In this document: in pieces, positions 1 to 10,080 of the stretch | How positions within the stretch are numbered: the stretch's first letter is position 1 | Layout: each line of letters opens with the position of its first letter | Source of the DNA: Pseudobacteriovorax sp. | GTDB taxonomy: Bacteria; Bdellovibrionota_B; Oligoflexia; Oligoflexales; Oligoflexaceae | NCBI GenBank assembly: GCA_050293845.1 | Contig: JBNKNM010000020.1 | Span: 1-49,214 of the forward strand | Length of the DNA stretch: 49,214 nucleotides | Direction: 5' to 3' | The notes under the pieces: generated by a model | Database searches by the model: none | The model's input: the letters and a program-made list of their open reading frames with translations, nothing else | Told to the model about the DNA's origin: nothing | Position numbers and translations under genes: made by a program

Positions 1-2
1 AA

Positions 3-833
3 AGGGCGTTGCAACTCCTAGGGTTTGATCCCTATAAACCCAGTCACTTAAAAAGTACCCAAGAGTTCCTACGCAGTCTGAGTTACTGGCTGCCGAGCTT
101 GCAAAAGAAGCTGAGCGCAATGGGTTCCCATACCCTGACTAACCCCGCAAGGCTGGTAGACACATTTTTCCATGCCCATGAGGCGCGCATTCATCTTAGC
201 GACTGGTTTCGCGCCATCCATCGTGCAGGCTTTGAGCTGAGAGCCCTATTTGATCGTTATGCTGAACTAGATGACTTACCAAACCCTTTATGGCGGGTAC
301 CTTCAGCTGCAAGCTTGGTAGAAAGGGCCAAAGACAAGCGTTTCGAAAACAACTTAGAGCTATATTTACAGAAAAACTCAAATGTTAGTTCTCTTAAGCC
401 AAGAAAGTTAAATGTAAACCATTTGCTACGACATTATATGAAGTCTCCGCCAAGCTTTTGGTTTCAATTTAAGGAAACCCAATCCATTCCCTTAAATTTG
501 CGCCAACATATCTGGTGGCAGCACATCAATCATGTTTACAAGAATAGCTCTACCCGTTCGGATAAGCTCCTAGCAGAACTCCCCATAGAAGCCAGGCAGC
601 GTTTAGCACGCATTGGGGCTATCCACAAAAAACAGATCCGTAGTGACAAGTACCTGGAGCAGATGCTTCGACCGGTGTGGGACACGATGGACGTACCAGA
701 CAGTATCAACCCGACACCCATTGAAGAAACTCCTATTATCCATGTTATTAGAGCGATACTTCATAAAAACCGACGCAATAACGAGGTGGAAGAACTGATC
801 ATTCAGCGCTTAAATAGGGCTCAAAGCAGTTAG
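3..833 (+). CDS. 5'-truncated protein, possibly the C-terminal part of a SAM-dependent methyltransferase-like protein
   Basis: Frame is open from position 3 to the TAG at 833. The segment RLVDTFFHAHE...DWFRAIHRAGFEL resembles the 'D-x-F-x-H-x-x-E ... AGL/F' segment of class I methyltransferase families. The SAM-binding motif is not in the window. Confidence 0.45.
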   Translation, partial: RALQLLGFDPYKPSHLKSTQEFLRSLSYWLPSLQKKLSAMGSHTLTNPARLVDTFFHAHEARIHLSDWFRAIHRAGFELRALFDRYAELDDLPNPLWRVPSAASLVERAKDKRFENNLELYLQKNSNVSSLKPRKLNVNHLLRHYMKSPPSFWFQFKETQSIPLNLRQHIWWQHINHVYKNSSTRSDKLLAELPIEARQRLARIGAIHKKQIRSDKYLEQMLRPVWDTMDVPDSINPTPIEETPIIHVIRAILHKNRRNNEVEELIIQRLNRAQSS

Positions 834-848
834 AAGGGTAACTGGCGT

Positions 849-1544
849 CTATTTATCACTCATCTTGATAAGATCAGGGCGACGAAATTGGGTCAATTCT
901 CGGGAAGCTGCTTTTTTCCATGAGTCGATAGCTTCATGGTCTCCAGAGATAAGGGCTCCAGGAACTGACAAACCTTCGAAGTTTGGTGGGCGCGTATACT
1001 GAGGGTATTCCAACATTCCATTCAGCTTTGGCGAAAAAGAGTCGATAACACTACTGGCACGATTTCCTAGAACACCTGGGATCAAGCGCAGCAAACAATC
1101 AGCCATTGTCAGAGAGGCCAACTCCCCCCCTGAAATAACATAATCACCCATGCTAAACTCATAATCTACAAGAAGGTCGATTACTCGCTGATCGACACCT
1201 CCGAAGCGCCCACAAATAAAAATCCCATGGTTTAAAGTAGCGGATAGTTTGCCTGCAATTTCCTGATTCCAAGGCCTCCCCGCGGGACCAGGGTATATCA
1301 CATGGCTACCAAGAGCCTTGGTACTTCTCACTGCATTAGCTAAAGGCTCAGGGCGCATAATCATACCATCACCACCGCCATAGGCCCGGTCATCCACACT
1401 GCCATGTTTATCGATAGCAAAGTCCCGGAGATTGATCACTTCAACCTCAATACCACACTTATTAATGGCAGAGGCAAAAACTCCAAATTTCAGATAAGAA
1501 CCGACAAACTCAGGATGAATCGTAATGAAACTTATTTTCTTCAC
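849..1544 (-). CDS. trmD: tRNA (guanine-N1)-methyltransferase
   Basis: Motifs VDDRAYGGGDGM, CGRFGGVDQR, SMGDYVISGGE, LEYPQYTRP. Likely GTG start at 1544 overlapping the rimM TGA (GTGA), with a GGAGG SD upstream. Confidence 0.97.
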   Translation of the reverse strand: MKKISFITIHPEFVGSYLKFGVFASAINKCGIEVEVINLRDFAIDKHGSVDDRAYGGGDGMIMRPEPLANAVRSTKALGSHVIYPGPAGRPWNQEIAGKLSATLNHGIFICGRFGGVDQRVIDLLVDYEFSMGDYVISGGELASLTMADCLLRLIPGVLGNRASSVIDSFSPKLNGMLEYPQYTRPPNFEGLSVPGALISGDHEAIDSWKKAASRELTQFRRPDLIKMSDK

Positions 1545-2110
1545 CGCTGATCCTCCCAAGCATCATCAAAAATGGCGGCAGCAACCTTGAGCTGTATGGA
1601 GTCGCTATCGGGAGCAAAATCCATATCGATATATACGCTCACAAAAGGAATTCCTAATAACCTGCCCTTCTGATCCTCGACCTCGATAATATCTGATGCT
1701 CCATAATTCACCACCTGGATTACACGCCCAAGGACGACCCTATCCTTATCGTAAAGGGTTCTACCGATAAGATCAGCCCACAGGTACTCTGCGGTTTCAT
1801 CGATAGCAATTTGCTCCCGCAAACACCATATACCCACGGACTTGAGGGATTCCACCCCGTCTCTGCTAGAAACTCCCTCACAGTGGAGGAGGGGGCGTTT
1901 ACCCTGCATACGACTTTTCAAAACCTTATAGGACTCACTTTCATGCAAGCTACGGCCTAGACGGACTAACTGGATGGTTGAATCTAGAGGATTATCGCGA
2001 CCGGATATAAAAAAGGCACCATGCAAGCCATGAGCCTTGCCTACAGTGCCAATTTTCACCCAGCGTTGGCGTAACAATAGCTGAGACTTACTGAGCTGCT
2101 TTTCGATCAA
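1541..2110 (-). CDS. rimM: 16S rRNA processing / ribosome maturation factor
   Basis: IGTVGKAHGLHG N-terminal motif, YLWADLIG, GASDIIEV, LGIPFV; lies between rpsP and trmD. Confidence 0.93.
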   Translation of the reverse strand: MIEKQLSKSQLLLRQRWVKIGTVGKAHGLHGAFFISGRDNPLDSTIQLVRLGRSLHESESYKVLKSRMQGKRPLLHCEGVSSRDGVESLKSVGIWCLREQIAIDETAEYLWADLIGRTLYDKDRVVLGRVIQVVNYGASDIIEVEDQKGRLLGIPFVSVYIDMDFAPDSDSIQLKVAAAIFDDAWEDQR

Positions 2111-2351
2111 GCTTTACACTTTTTCGCTTTAATATATTTTTCACCGCAGTGGAAACCTGCGCCCCATTTGCATACCAATACTGCACGCGATCGGCCTTTA
2201 CTTCCATTACAGACGGCTCTTGGTTGGGATCATAGTAACCTAATTTTTCGATGAAACGACCGTTACGAGGACGGCGTGAATCTGTAGCCACAATATGATA
2301 AAATGGTCTATGTGTGCTTCCATGACGTTGTAGTCGTAATGTCAGAGCCAT
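2088..2351 (-). CDS. rpsP: 30S ribosomal protein S16
   Basis: LRLQRHG..HRPFYHIVATDSRRPRNGRFIEKLGYYDP; GGGGGAG SD upstream. Confidence 0.98.
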   Translation of the reverse strand: MALTLRLQRHGSTHRPFYHIVATDSRRPRNGRFIEKLGYYDPNQEPSVMEVKADRVQYWYANGAQVSTAVKNILKRKSVKLDRKAAQ

Positions 2352-2845
2352 TACTCCCCCAATTTACTGAGTGTTTTCATTTTAGCCTGCAGAGTTGTCA
2401 AGCTGATAACACATTACTCTGCTAAACAAATCCGAGGAAGACTGCTATACCAAAGTTATCGATTGATTTCTAGACTAAAAATTAAAGATACAAAAATATT
2501 CATAGCTCTTAAGAATTTACAAAAATCCACCAAAAACAATCTAAAAACAAAAACTTAAACGCCTAAACCAGAGGGAGTGTCAAATTTCAACCATATATGC
2601 CAGGATCTGAAAAATTCAGTTTGGAGATTTCCCAGAAAGCCTTGGTACTATTGAGTGCAAATGGGTGCGAACCATGTGCATGATCAAGATGCGAGGTAAA
2701 ATAAATCGCTGCAGTTAACCCCCTTTAATGAGAACAATTTTTTTGCTGAGCCCATGCCGAGGGGGGGCAATTTTTCACACCGGGATAGTGTTAAGTCCCA
2801 CCTTTTGCTAAACTATTGTTAACGGTTATCGTAATATATGAGGTC

Positions 2846-3862
2846 ATGGTGAAAGTAAAAATGTGGGGCACCCGCGGCTCTCTCCCCCGTGCTATAAATA
2901 ACCAATATTTTATCAACCTCGTCGACAATTATGCCAAAATGGCAGAAAAAACTGGGCTAACCTCCATCAGTGAATTTAGAAATGCCTTGCGCGATGGGGA
3001 TTTAGGGACCCCCTTGGTTTTCGGTGGTAATACGACATGTAACGAAGTGATCTATAAAAATCATCGCTTCTTTGTGGACATGGGAACCGGTTTTGCCGAT
3101 GCAGCCTCAGAAGTTATGGCTCAAGGGCGTACTGAATTCATTATTTTTCAGACCCACTTACACTGGGATCACATCACAGGTCTGCCATTTTTTGTACCCA
3201 TATATATCCCAGGCAACAAGCTGACCATTTATCACGTACACCCCCACGCTCCCGAATACATCAAGTGCCAGTTTAATGGCATTAACTTTCCTGTTAAGTG
3301 GAACGAGCTAAGTGCAGAGATAGAGTTTAAGCATATCAACCTCTACCAAAAGACTAAATTTGACTCCATTACCATCTCACCGTTCTCACTAGATCACCCA
3401 GGAGGTTCTTTTGGCTATCGCTTTGATGCCAACGGTTATTCCCTGGCCATTGGTGTCGATGGAGAATACAAACGCCTGACACCTAAGGACCTGGGCAAAG
3501 ATCATGTGTACTATACGGACTTAGATCTTCTCATTTTTGATGCCCAGTATGAAATGGATGAATTAGCAAGTCGTTTCGACTGGGGTCACTGCAGCCCTCC
3601 CATAGGGGTCGACTTAGCTCTGCGTGAGGGTATTCGCAATATTATTCTTACCCATCATGACCCCCGATCCCCAGAGGAAAAAGAATTTCGTATGCTACAA
3701 CAGGCTAAAAGTCACCTTCAAAAGCAGCTCCCAGCCTATCAGGAAATTTGGGATAAGTTAAAACAACCCGAGGGTCCCCATATTCAGCTTTCCTATGATG
3801 GCCTGGAGTTTGACCTTGCCAAATTGGAACCCCGGAGCCAGATAGTAAGGGAAGCCATGTGA
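2846..3862 (+). CDS. MBL-fold metallo-hydrolase (RNase Z/phosphodiesterase-like)
   Basis: WGTRGS, GGNTTC, DMGTG, THLHWDH (HxHxDH), LDHPGG, DAQY, WGH, THHDP. Start placed at ATG 2846 after GAGG. Confidence 0.9.
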   Translation: MVKVKMWGTRGSLPRAINNQYFINLVDNYAKMAEKTGLTSISEFRNALRDGDLGTPLVFGGNTTCNEVIYKNHRFFVDMGTGFADAASEVMAQGRTEFIIFQTHLHWDHITGLPFFVPIYIPGNKLTIYHVHPHAPEYIKCQFNGINFPVKWNELSAEIEFKHINLYQKTKFDSITISPFSLDHPGGSFGYRFDANGYSLAIGVDGEYKRLTPKDLGKDHVYYTDLDLLIFDAQYEMDELASRFDWGHCSPPIGVDLALREGIRNIILTHHDPRSPEEKEFRMLQQAKSHLQKQLPAYQEIWDKLKQPEGPHIQLSYDGLEFDLAKLEPRSQIVREAM

Positions 3863-4215
3863 TGACATGAACCCAGAATAAGCCAATTTATAATCTTTAA
3901 TCTGCGTGACTCCAGCAAAAAAACCGCCCTCATTTGTGGATAAATGACTCATACGGACAGCCCACACTGTAAGCTTCAGCTATGCTAACTAAGATTAGTA
4001 ATTTTTGTTTACATCCGCGTACAAGAACCATGAGTAGAAGTTAACTAACTATTAATAATAACTTTATACCGAAGTCGCCGCGATAAGAAGAACGCTAAAG
4101 ATCTGAATTTACTTGAGTGATAATCCTATCAGTCAGATTTACTTTCATTCTTTATTAAGGTTTTATATCGTATCCTTAGTTGACTGTACCTGTTACCAAC
4201 TCCAGGATTGTAATT

Positions 4216-5610
4216 ATGAAATCAATACTCCTCAGCCTCATACTTCTTGTAAGTTCAAGCTCTATCTGCCTTGCCGACCCTTATGACATTACAGAAGTGA
4301 ACCTCAAAGTTGACCGGCAAGATCACACTCTAATGAAGCTGACATTCATATTAAATGACATACCAACCACCGACTTTCCGAACCAAAGCGCTAGTTTTGA
4401 TAATGCACGCCTGCTAATGGTGAAAAGCCTGGATGCCTGCCTGAATGATGACAGCTGTGAAAAAAAAATCTCCTATGAGGGCTATCTGAAAGAAGATGAC
4501 ACTGATGAAGATGATCTTGATAAATTCTACTCTATGACGTTTCAATCCATTAACCTAGTCAAAGACGACACCGACGAAAAATATGATCTGATAACCTTCA
4601 TCAACATCAAAAGTGATGCTACCACAGGGGAAGATCAAACAGCTGTCACTTTTGAGCCTGATTCAACTGAGATCACTTTAAGGTATAGAGCAGGATCCAT
4701 TGATGAGGAGGTTTCTGTAACAGCTGGTATCGAGACTCCCATTAAATCTGGATTCAGCAACCTTCGCACCTCCCCCCAAAATTTAGGCCTAGTTTTGAGC
4801 TGGGATAAGATTTCAGAAGTTACTTTTGCAGACGATTCAGAAGGTACATACGAGGGGGCTCGCGTGTATATCAGAGAGATTGAAACCTCCATTTCAGTAA
4901 AACCTCGCATCGTGACACAGTTTGCACTCGATGCAGAGAAAAATCCCACTGAAGGCAGCGATATTGAAACTTTGGACGACTGCACTCTGCAAGCTGACCC
5001 CGAAGCAAGCCCTCCCACTTGCCAGTTCTTCTGTACAGCCCAAGGATATCTAAACCCTAAACTGGTAACAAACGCTTCTTTTCAATTTCAAACTACGGAA
5101 TTTTCTAAAATTTCCTTTAACGACCTTAATATCGAATCCCATTATATTTTAATTCCACAATTGCTTGATGACGGCCTTCTCACTTACAATGAAACAACAC
5201 AAACATACACAGCGAGCTGTCTTGTCGCCCAACCCATAGAAAACTATACTTACGCCCAGCTATCTGGAGCCGGTTCATCCAAAGCAGATGATCCCAATTG
5301 TTTTATTGCCACAGCTGCCTACGGTAGTCCCCTGGCTGTAGAACTCAACCACCTGCGTTGGTTTAGGGATAAGTATCTAAGGAGCTACTCTTGGGGACAA
5401 ACTTTCATCGACTGGTACTATGAGAATAGCCCTACATGGGCTTCTGCAATAGTATTCCACGACACATTACGTAGCTTGGTTCGTACCATACTCTGGATTC
5501 CAGTAACCTTGATTAAAGCTATAAGATTCTATCCTCTACTATTGTCAGGAACCCTCCTTATGCTGGCCTTGTTGAGCATCTTCCTTGTATGGCGCCGTAA
5601 AGAGACCTAA
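4216..5610 (+). CDS. Exported acidic protein with C-terminal CFI-box-CTERM domain and TM anchor
   Basis: Signal peptide MKSILLSLILLVSSSSICLA; C-terminal CFIATAAYGSP...LRWFRDKYL...GQTFIDWYYENSP followed by a hydrophobic helix and basic tail WRRKET. Confidence 0.85.
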   Translation: MKSILLSLILLVSSSSICLADPYDITEVNLKVDRQDHTLMKLTFILNDIPTTDFPNQSASFDNARLLMVKSLDACLNDDSCEKKISYEGYLKEDDTDEDDLDKFYSMTFQSINLVKDDTDEKYDLITFINIKSDATTGEDQTAVTFEPDSTEITLRYRAGSIDEEVSVTAGIETPIKSGFSNLRTSPQNLGLVLSWDKISEVTFADDSEGTYEGARVYIREIETSISVKPRIVTQFALDAEKNPTEGSDIETLDDCTLQADPEASPPTCQFFCTAQGYLNPKLVTNASFQFQTTEFSKISFNDLNIESHYILIPQLLDDGLLTYNETTQTYTASCLVAQPIENYTYAQLSGAGSSKADDPNCFIATAAYGSPLAVELNHLRWFRDKYLRSYSWGQTFIDWYYENSPTWASAIVFHDTLRSLVRTILWIPVTLIKAIRFYPLLLSGTLLMLALLSIFLVWRRKET

Positions 5611-7311
5611 ACCCTGGGGTTTGGATTTTGTTCCATCCAGACTGTAGTTGTGGGCAGTTGCCAAAAGTTGTTCTGAAGTTCCAATGTCTTGTTTTGTAAC
5701 AGCCTGGCCGGGAAATGACTCCACATAAAGCGATTGACTCGGAAACGCAAAATTGACGTTAAGATCTCTAGCGAGGCGCTTGATTTCGATAAAGATATTT
5801 TGCTTTTGTAAGAGTTCTTCTGCCCAATCAGGCACTTTTAAGAAAAAGTAGACAAGGACATGCAGCGACGAAGGGCCGTAATCATTAAAAATGACATGAA
5901 AATAGTCTTTCCGCGTATAAGAATTCGCTTGAATGATCTTTTTTATGCCTTCTAAGAAGGCCTCCAATTGCTCAGGAGTTGTACTATAAGTGATACCTAA
6001 GACAGCCTTAACTCTTCGGTATGTACGTCGTCCCATATTGTCAATATTGGCATTGGCAATAACTGCATTGGGAACGGTAACAACAGAATCATAGAATGTG
6101 CGGACCCTCGTGGAGCGAAAGCCCACATCTTCCACAGTTCCCTCAATATTACCAAACTGAACCCAATCTCCTAATTTAAAGGGCCGATCACTGAGTATCA
6201 TCAAAGAACCAAATAAGTTAGCTGCTGTATCTTTGGCAGCTAGCGCTAAGGCCAGACCGCCAAGCCCCAGCCCAGCGATCACCGATACCACATTAATTCC
6301 TAAATTCTGCAGAGCTATAAGGCCTCCGAATACCACAATCAAGATTCTAGTGGCCCTGGTCACTAGTGGGAGCAAACGATCATCGATCACAAACTCTGTC
6401 TTTTGTGTCAGCAAAGAGATATACCCCGACCATACTGCGGCAAGGCGATAAAATAACCAAATAATAGAAATGCTGAGAATAATTTGAATCAAACTAGACA
6501 AAACCTGTAGAACCACACCTTCAATACGCATCACATATAAGGCGAGAAACCAAAATCCTGAAGCCGTACAGTAGGCAATAGGACCTTCAACGGCTTCTAT
6601 CAATTTGTCATCCCACTGGGACTGGGAATATGTTGCAAACTTCTTTCCCAGAATAATAAGGCCTTCAACAATATATTTCACAAGAAAACCTAATAGAATC
6701 GCAATGAATATTCCTAAAATTTGCCACTTGGGAAACCCTAGGAACTCGCTCTTAAACCCTTTTGGCATAATTTTCTCAATAAACGAGTCTTGATATCCTG
6801 CTCCCCCAGGCTTTGCCACATAGGGATAATTCCGCACCACATCGAAATAGCTTTTAGCATTATTTACTGTAGCAGCACTAAATAGATACTCACCTTTGCG
6901 AGGCCCCTCATGCTGTACCTCAATCTTGATATCGGTTCCCGCCAGACGCCAAACATCACTCAGCGCTTCAGCGTTCTTACCAGGAGGAACCTTGCTATAA
7001 TCGACAATAAGAACCCGGTCAATCACCTCCTTAAGATAAACGGCAGATTTTTTACCAAACTCTTTACTAATCAAGGGAGATATTTGGTCAAGATTCAAGG
7101 TTTGAACAGCATATTGGATGGCTTGCTGTTTATTTTCATCCTCTTCTTCAACTCCCTCACGATAGCTCTCCATCGATTTCATAAATGTCCTCAAGGTGTC
7201 CTGAGGAGTCTCAGTATTTACTGGTTTAAGCACATCAAGGGCTAGTAAGGGAAATGGTAAAAAAAGACATATTAAAAAAATATACTTCATGAATTTCATC
7301 GCACCCTTCAT
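5545..7311 (-). CDS. Mechanosensitive ion channel family protein (MscS, large periplasmic N-domain)
   Basis: GLGLGGLALALAAKDTAANLFG, DRPFKLGDWV, GTVEDVGFRSTRVRTF, VPNA, FAFPSQ; several TM segments; N-terminal TPQDTLRTF motif. Confidence 0.93.
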   Translation of the reverse strand: MKGAMKFMKYIFLICLFLPFPLLALDVLKPVNTETPQDTLRTFMKSMESYREGVEEEDENKQQAIQYAVQTLNLDQISPLISKEFGKKSAVYLKEVIDRVLIVDYSKVPPGKNAEALSDVWRLAGTDIKIEVQHEGPRKGEYLFSAATVNNAKSYFDVVRNYPYVAKPGGAGYQDSFIEKIMPKGFKSEFLGFPKWQILGIFIAILLGFLVKYIVEGLIILGKKFATYSQSQWDDKLIEAVEGPIAYCTASGFWFLALYVMRIEGVVLQVLSSLIQIILSISIIWLFYRLAAVWSGYISLLTQKTEFVIDDRLLPLVTRATRILIVVFGGLIALQNLGINVVSVIAGLGLGGLALALAAKDTAANLFGSLMILSDRPFKLGDWVQFGNIEGTVEDVGFRSTRVRTFYDSVVTVPNAVIANANIDNMGRRTYRRVKAVLGITYSTTPEQLEAFLEGIKKIIQANSYTRKDYFHVIFNDYGPSSLHVLVYFFLKVPDWAEELLQKQNIFIEIKRLARDLNVNFAFPSQSLYVESFPGQAVTKQDIGTSEQLLATAHNYSLDGTKSKPQGLGLFTAPYKEDAQQGQHKEGS

Positions 7312-7449
7312 AGTAAAATTAAGTCTAATATTTCTACAGTTTACTCCTTAAGCGGTAAATGACTAGCAGAGTATTTTGTTTCTTTGATAGTTAAAAATTG
7401 GAATATCGTCTATAAGTTCAGCTAGGAAATCAAGTGACAGAGGTAGAAT

Positions 7450-10080
7450 ATGACCCAACAAGCGCAAAAAAAATTTCTAAAAGATTATAAAGCTCCCCTA
7501 TTCTCAGCAATAAAGACAGATTTGACTTTCAATTTACAAAATGAATTTACCATTGTCACTTCTGAAGTCCTCTATCATCGAGCTCAAAGTGCTGATAAGG
7601 ATGCCACTTTAGAGCTTAGTGGCAATGAGCTAGAACTACTTAGTGTCAGTATCGATGATACAAAGCTAAGCCTAGGCCAATTGGACTATAGCTCGAAGCA
7701 TCTGTCTTTAAGTAGCCTACCAGAATCCTTCACCCTAACGATACAAACAAAAATCTTTCCGGCAAAGAATACAGCACTTGAAGGATTGTATAAATCGGGA
7801 AACAAATTTTGTACACAGTGCGAGCCAGAAGGCTTTAGAAGAATCACATATTTCCTCGACCGCCCCGATGTGATGAGTGAGTACACCACAACCATTTTAG
7901 CTGATAAAACCTTGTACCCTGTGCTGCTTTCCAATGGTAACCTTGTTAAAGAAGAGGTCTTGGATAATAATCGACACAAGAAAGTCTGGCACGACCCCTA
8001 CCCCAAACCATCATATTTATTTGCCTTGGTAGCCGGAAGCTTAGCCATGGTCGAAGATTATTATACAACCAAGTCGGGCCGTAAAGTGACATTGCGCATC
8101 TTTGTAGAGCAAGAAAATATCGATAAATGCTCATTTGCAATGCAGGCTATCAAAGATTCCATGAAATGGGATGAGAGGGTTTACGGGTTAGAGTATGATC
8201 TCGATATATTTATGATCGTAGCTGTTAGTGATTTCAATATGGGTGCCATGGAAAACAAGGGCCTTAATATATTCAATGCCAAATATGTTCTAGCAAACCC
8301 ATCCACAGCAACAGACCTCGATTTCGAGAATATTCAAAGCGTGATCGGCCATGAGTATTTCCATAATTGGAGCGGTAATAGAGTTACCTGTCGCGACTGG
8401 TTCCAGCTCAGCCTTAAAGAAGGTCTGACTGTATTTAGAGATCAGGAGTTTTCAGCGGATATGAATAGCCGTTCTGTCAACCGCATCAAGTGTGTAAAGA
8501 ATCTACGCAGTGTCCAGTTTTCCGAAGATAGCAGTCCCATGGCCCACCCGGTAAGACCAGATAACTACATCGAGATTAATAATTTTTATACCTCGACAAT
8601 CTATATTAAGGGTGCTGAAGTTATTCGTATGATTTATACTATTTTGGGGAAGGAAAAATACCACCAGGGAATAAAATTGTACTTCCAGCGCTTTGATGGC
8701 CAAGCTGTTACCATTGAAGACTTTGTTAGGACCTTAGAAGACGCCAGCGGGGTAAAACTAACTCATTTCAAACTGTGGTATGAGCAGGCGGGAACCCCCA
8801 CTCTCCATATTTCCAGCAGTTATGATGAGCAGGCAAAAAAGTTTTCCTTAAACGTAAGACAATCCACACCTGATACTCCCGGACACTCACAGAAAAAACC
8901 TTTTGTTATTCCCATAAAAACATCCCTGATCACAGAAAATGGTGAGGTCTTGCCATTTTCCTATAACAGTAAGCAACAGCGAGAGCATATTTTACTTCTT
9001 GAAAAGGAAAGTGAAAAATTCGTTTTCAATAATATTCCCGAAAAAGTCATCCCTTCTCTACTCAGAGGCTTTTCAGCTCCTGTATATTTAAAGTATGATT
9101 ACAGTGACCACGAGCTGATCAAATTACTCCAACATGATACCGATGAATTTAACCGATGGGAAGCGGTGCAAACCCTTATCCTATCGCTTATAAATAAGCG
9201 GCGTCAGAACCCCATTTACCTCATAGATACTCAGGTCTTTGATGCTGTCAACAACTTTGTTACCAATACTTCTATCGATCCACGCTTAATATCACGGGCA
9301 TTGCTATGCCCTGATATGGATTATTTGATCTCTCTTGAAGAACAGGCTGATATTGATAGCATTTGGGAGGCACGGCAGTGGGTATTACAACAAATATCTG
9401 AGCACTGCAGCGAATCTTTTGTACAGGTTTACCAACAATGCTTAGATCATGGTGAGTTTGAACTAACGGGAAATGCGATCGGTAAGCGTGAGCTGAAAGA
9501 AATATGTCTGCGCTACCTGCTCCAAACCCCTAACCAGGATAAAATCAATTTAGCTGTGGATCTGTATAAACAGTCAAACAACATGACGGACACAATCAAT
9601 AGCCTCACATTACTTGCTAACATTGAATGCCGCGAACGCAATGAATTACTGGATGATTTTTACAACAAGTGGAAACATGACGCTCTCGTGCTTGATAAGT
9701 GGTTTACTATACAAGCGACTTCCACCCATCCTATGGTACTGGATCATGTCAAAGCTCTCATTCAACACCCAGACTTTGATATCCTGAATCCCAACCGCAC
9801 TTATTCCGTGTTGCGACACTTTGGGAAAACGATACCCCATGGATTTCACCGGATTGACGGCGAAGGCTATAGGATTTTACGGGAAAACATCCTAAAAGTG
9901 GATTCCAAAAACGCTCAGGTCGCTGCAGTACTTGCCGCTCCTTTTAGCAAGTGGCAGAAGTTTGACAAGAAGCGTCAAGAGATTATGGTCGCCGAGCTAC
10001 AATTTATCGCTAAACAACAAAACCTCTCAAAAGATGTGTTTGAAATTGTGAGTCGATCGCTCAATGACCTACTTCGTTAG
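7450..10080 (+). CDS. pepN: Aminopeptidase N (M1 family)
   Basis: TQCEPEGFRRIT, GAMENKGLN, HEYFHNW...E (HExxH-x18-E), YIKGAEV. Confidence 0.98.
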   Translation: MTQQAQKKFLKDYKAPLFSAIKTDLTFNLQNEFTIVTSEVLYHRAQSADKDATLELSGNELELLSVSIDDTKLSLGQLDYSSKHLSLSSLPESFTLTIQTKIFPAKNTALEGLYKSGNKFCTQCEPEGFRRITYFLDRPDVMSEYTTTILADKTLYPVLLSNGNLVKEEVLDNNRHKKVWHDPYPKPSYLFALVAGSLAMVEDYYTTKSGRKVTLRIFVEQENIDKCSFAMQAIKDSMKWDERVYGLEYDLDIFMIVAVSDFNMGAMENKGLNIFNAKYVLANPSTATDLDFENIQSVIGHEYFHNWSGNRVTCRDWFQLSLKEGLTVFRDQEFSADMNSRSVNRIKCVKNLRSVQFSEDSSPMAHPVRPDNYIEINNFYTSTIYIKGAEVIRMIYTILGKEKYHQGIKLYFQRFDGQAVTIEDFVRTLEDASGVKLTHFKLWYEQAGTPTLHISSSYDEQAKKFSLNVRQSTPDTPGHSQKKPFVIPIKTSLITENGEVLPFSYNSKQQREHILLLEKESEKFVFNNIPEKVIPSLLRGFSAPVYLKYDYSDHELIKLLQHDTDEFNRWEAVQTLILSLINKRRQNPIYLIDTQVFDAVNNFVTNTSIDPRLISRALLCPDMDYLISLEEQADIDSIWEARQWVLQQISEHCSESFVQVYQQCLDHGEFELTGNAIGKRELKEICLRYLLQTPNQDKINLAVDLYKQSNNMTDTINSLTLLANIECRERNELLDDFYNKWKHDALVLDKWFTIQATSTHPMVLDHVKALIQHPDFDILNPNRTYSVLRHFGKTIPHGFHRIDGEGYRILRENILKVDSKNAQVAAVLAAPFSKWQKFDKKRQEIMVAELQFIAKQQNLSKDVFEIVSRSLNDLLR

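Noticed and set aside
2352..2815. A-rich intergenic region inspected for riboswitch, sRNA or sigma54 site
   Set aside because: No convincing structure; TGGTAC...GC has 11-nt rather than 10-nt spacing.
3935..3943. Perfect DnaA box (TGTGGATAA)
   Set aside because: Single copy with no box cluster or oriC-type gene context; expected by chance.
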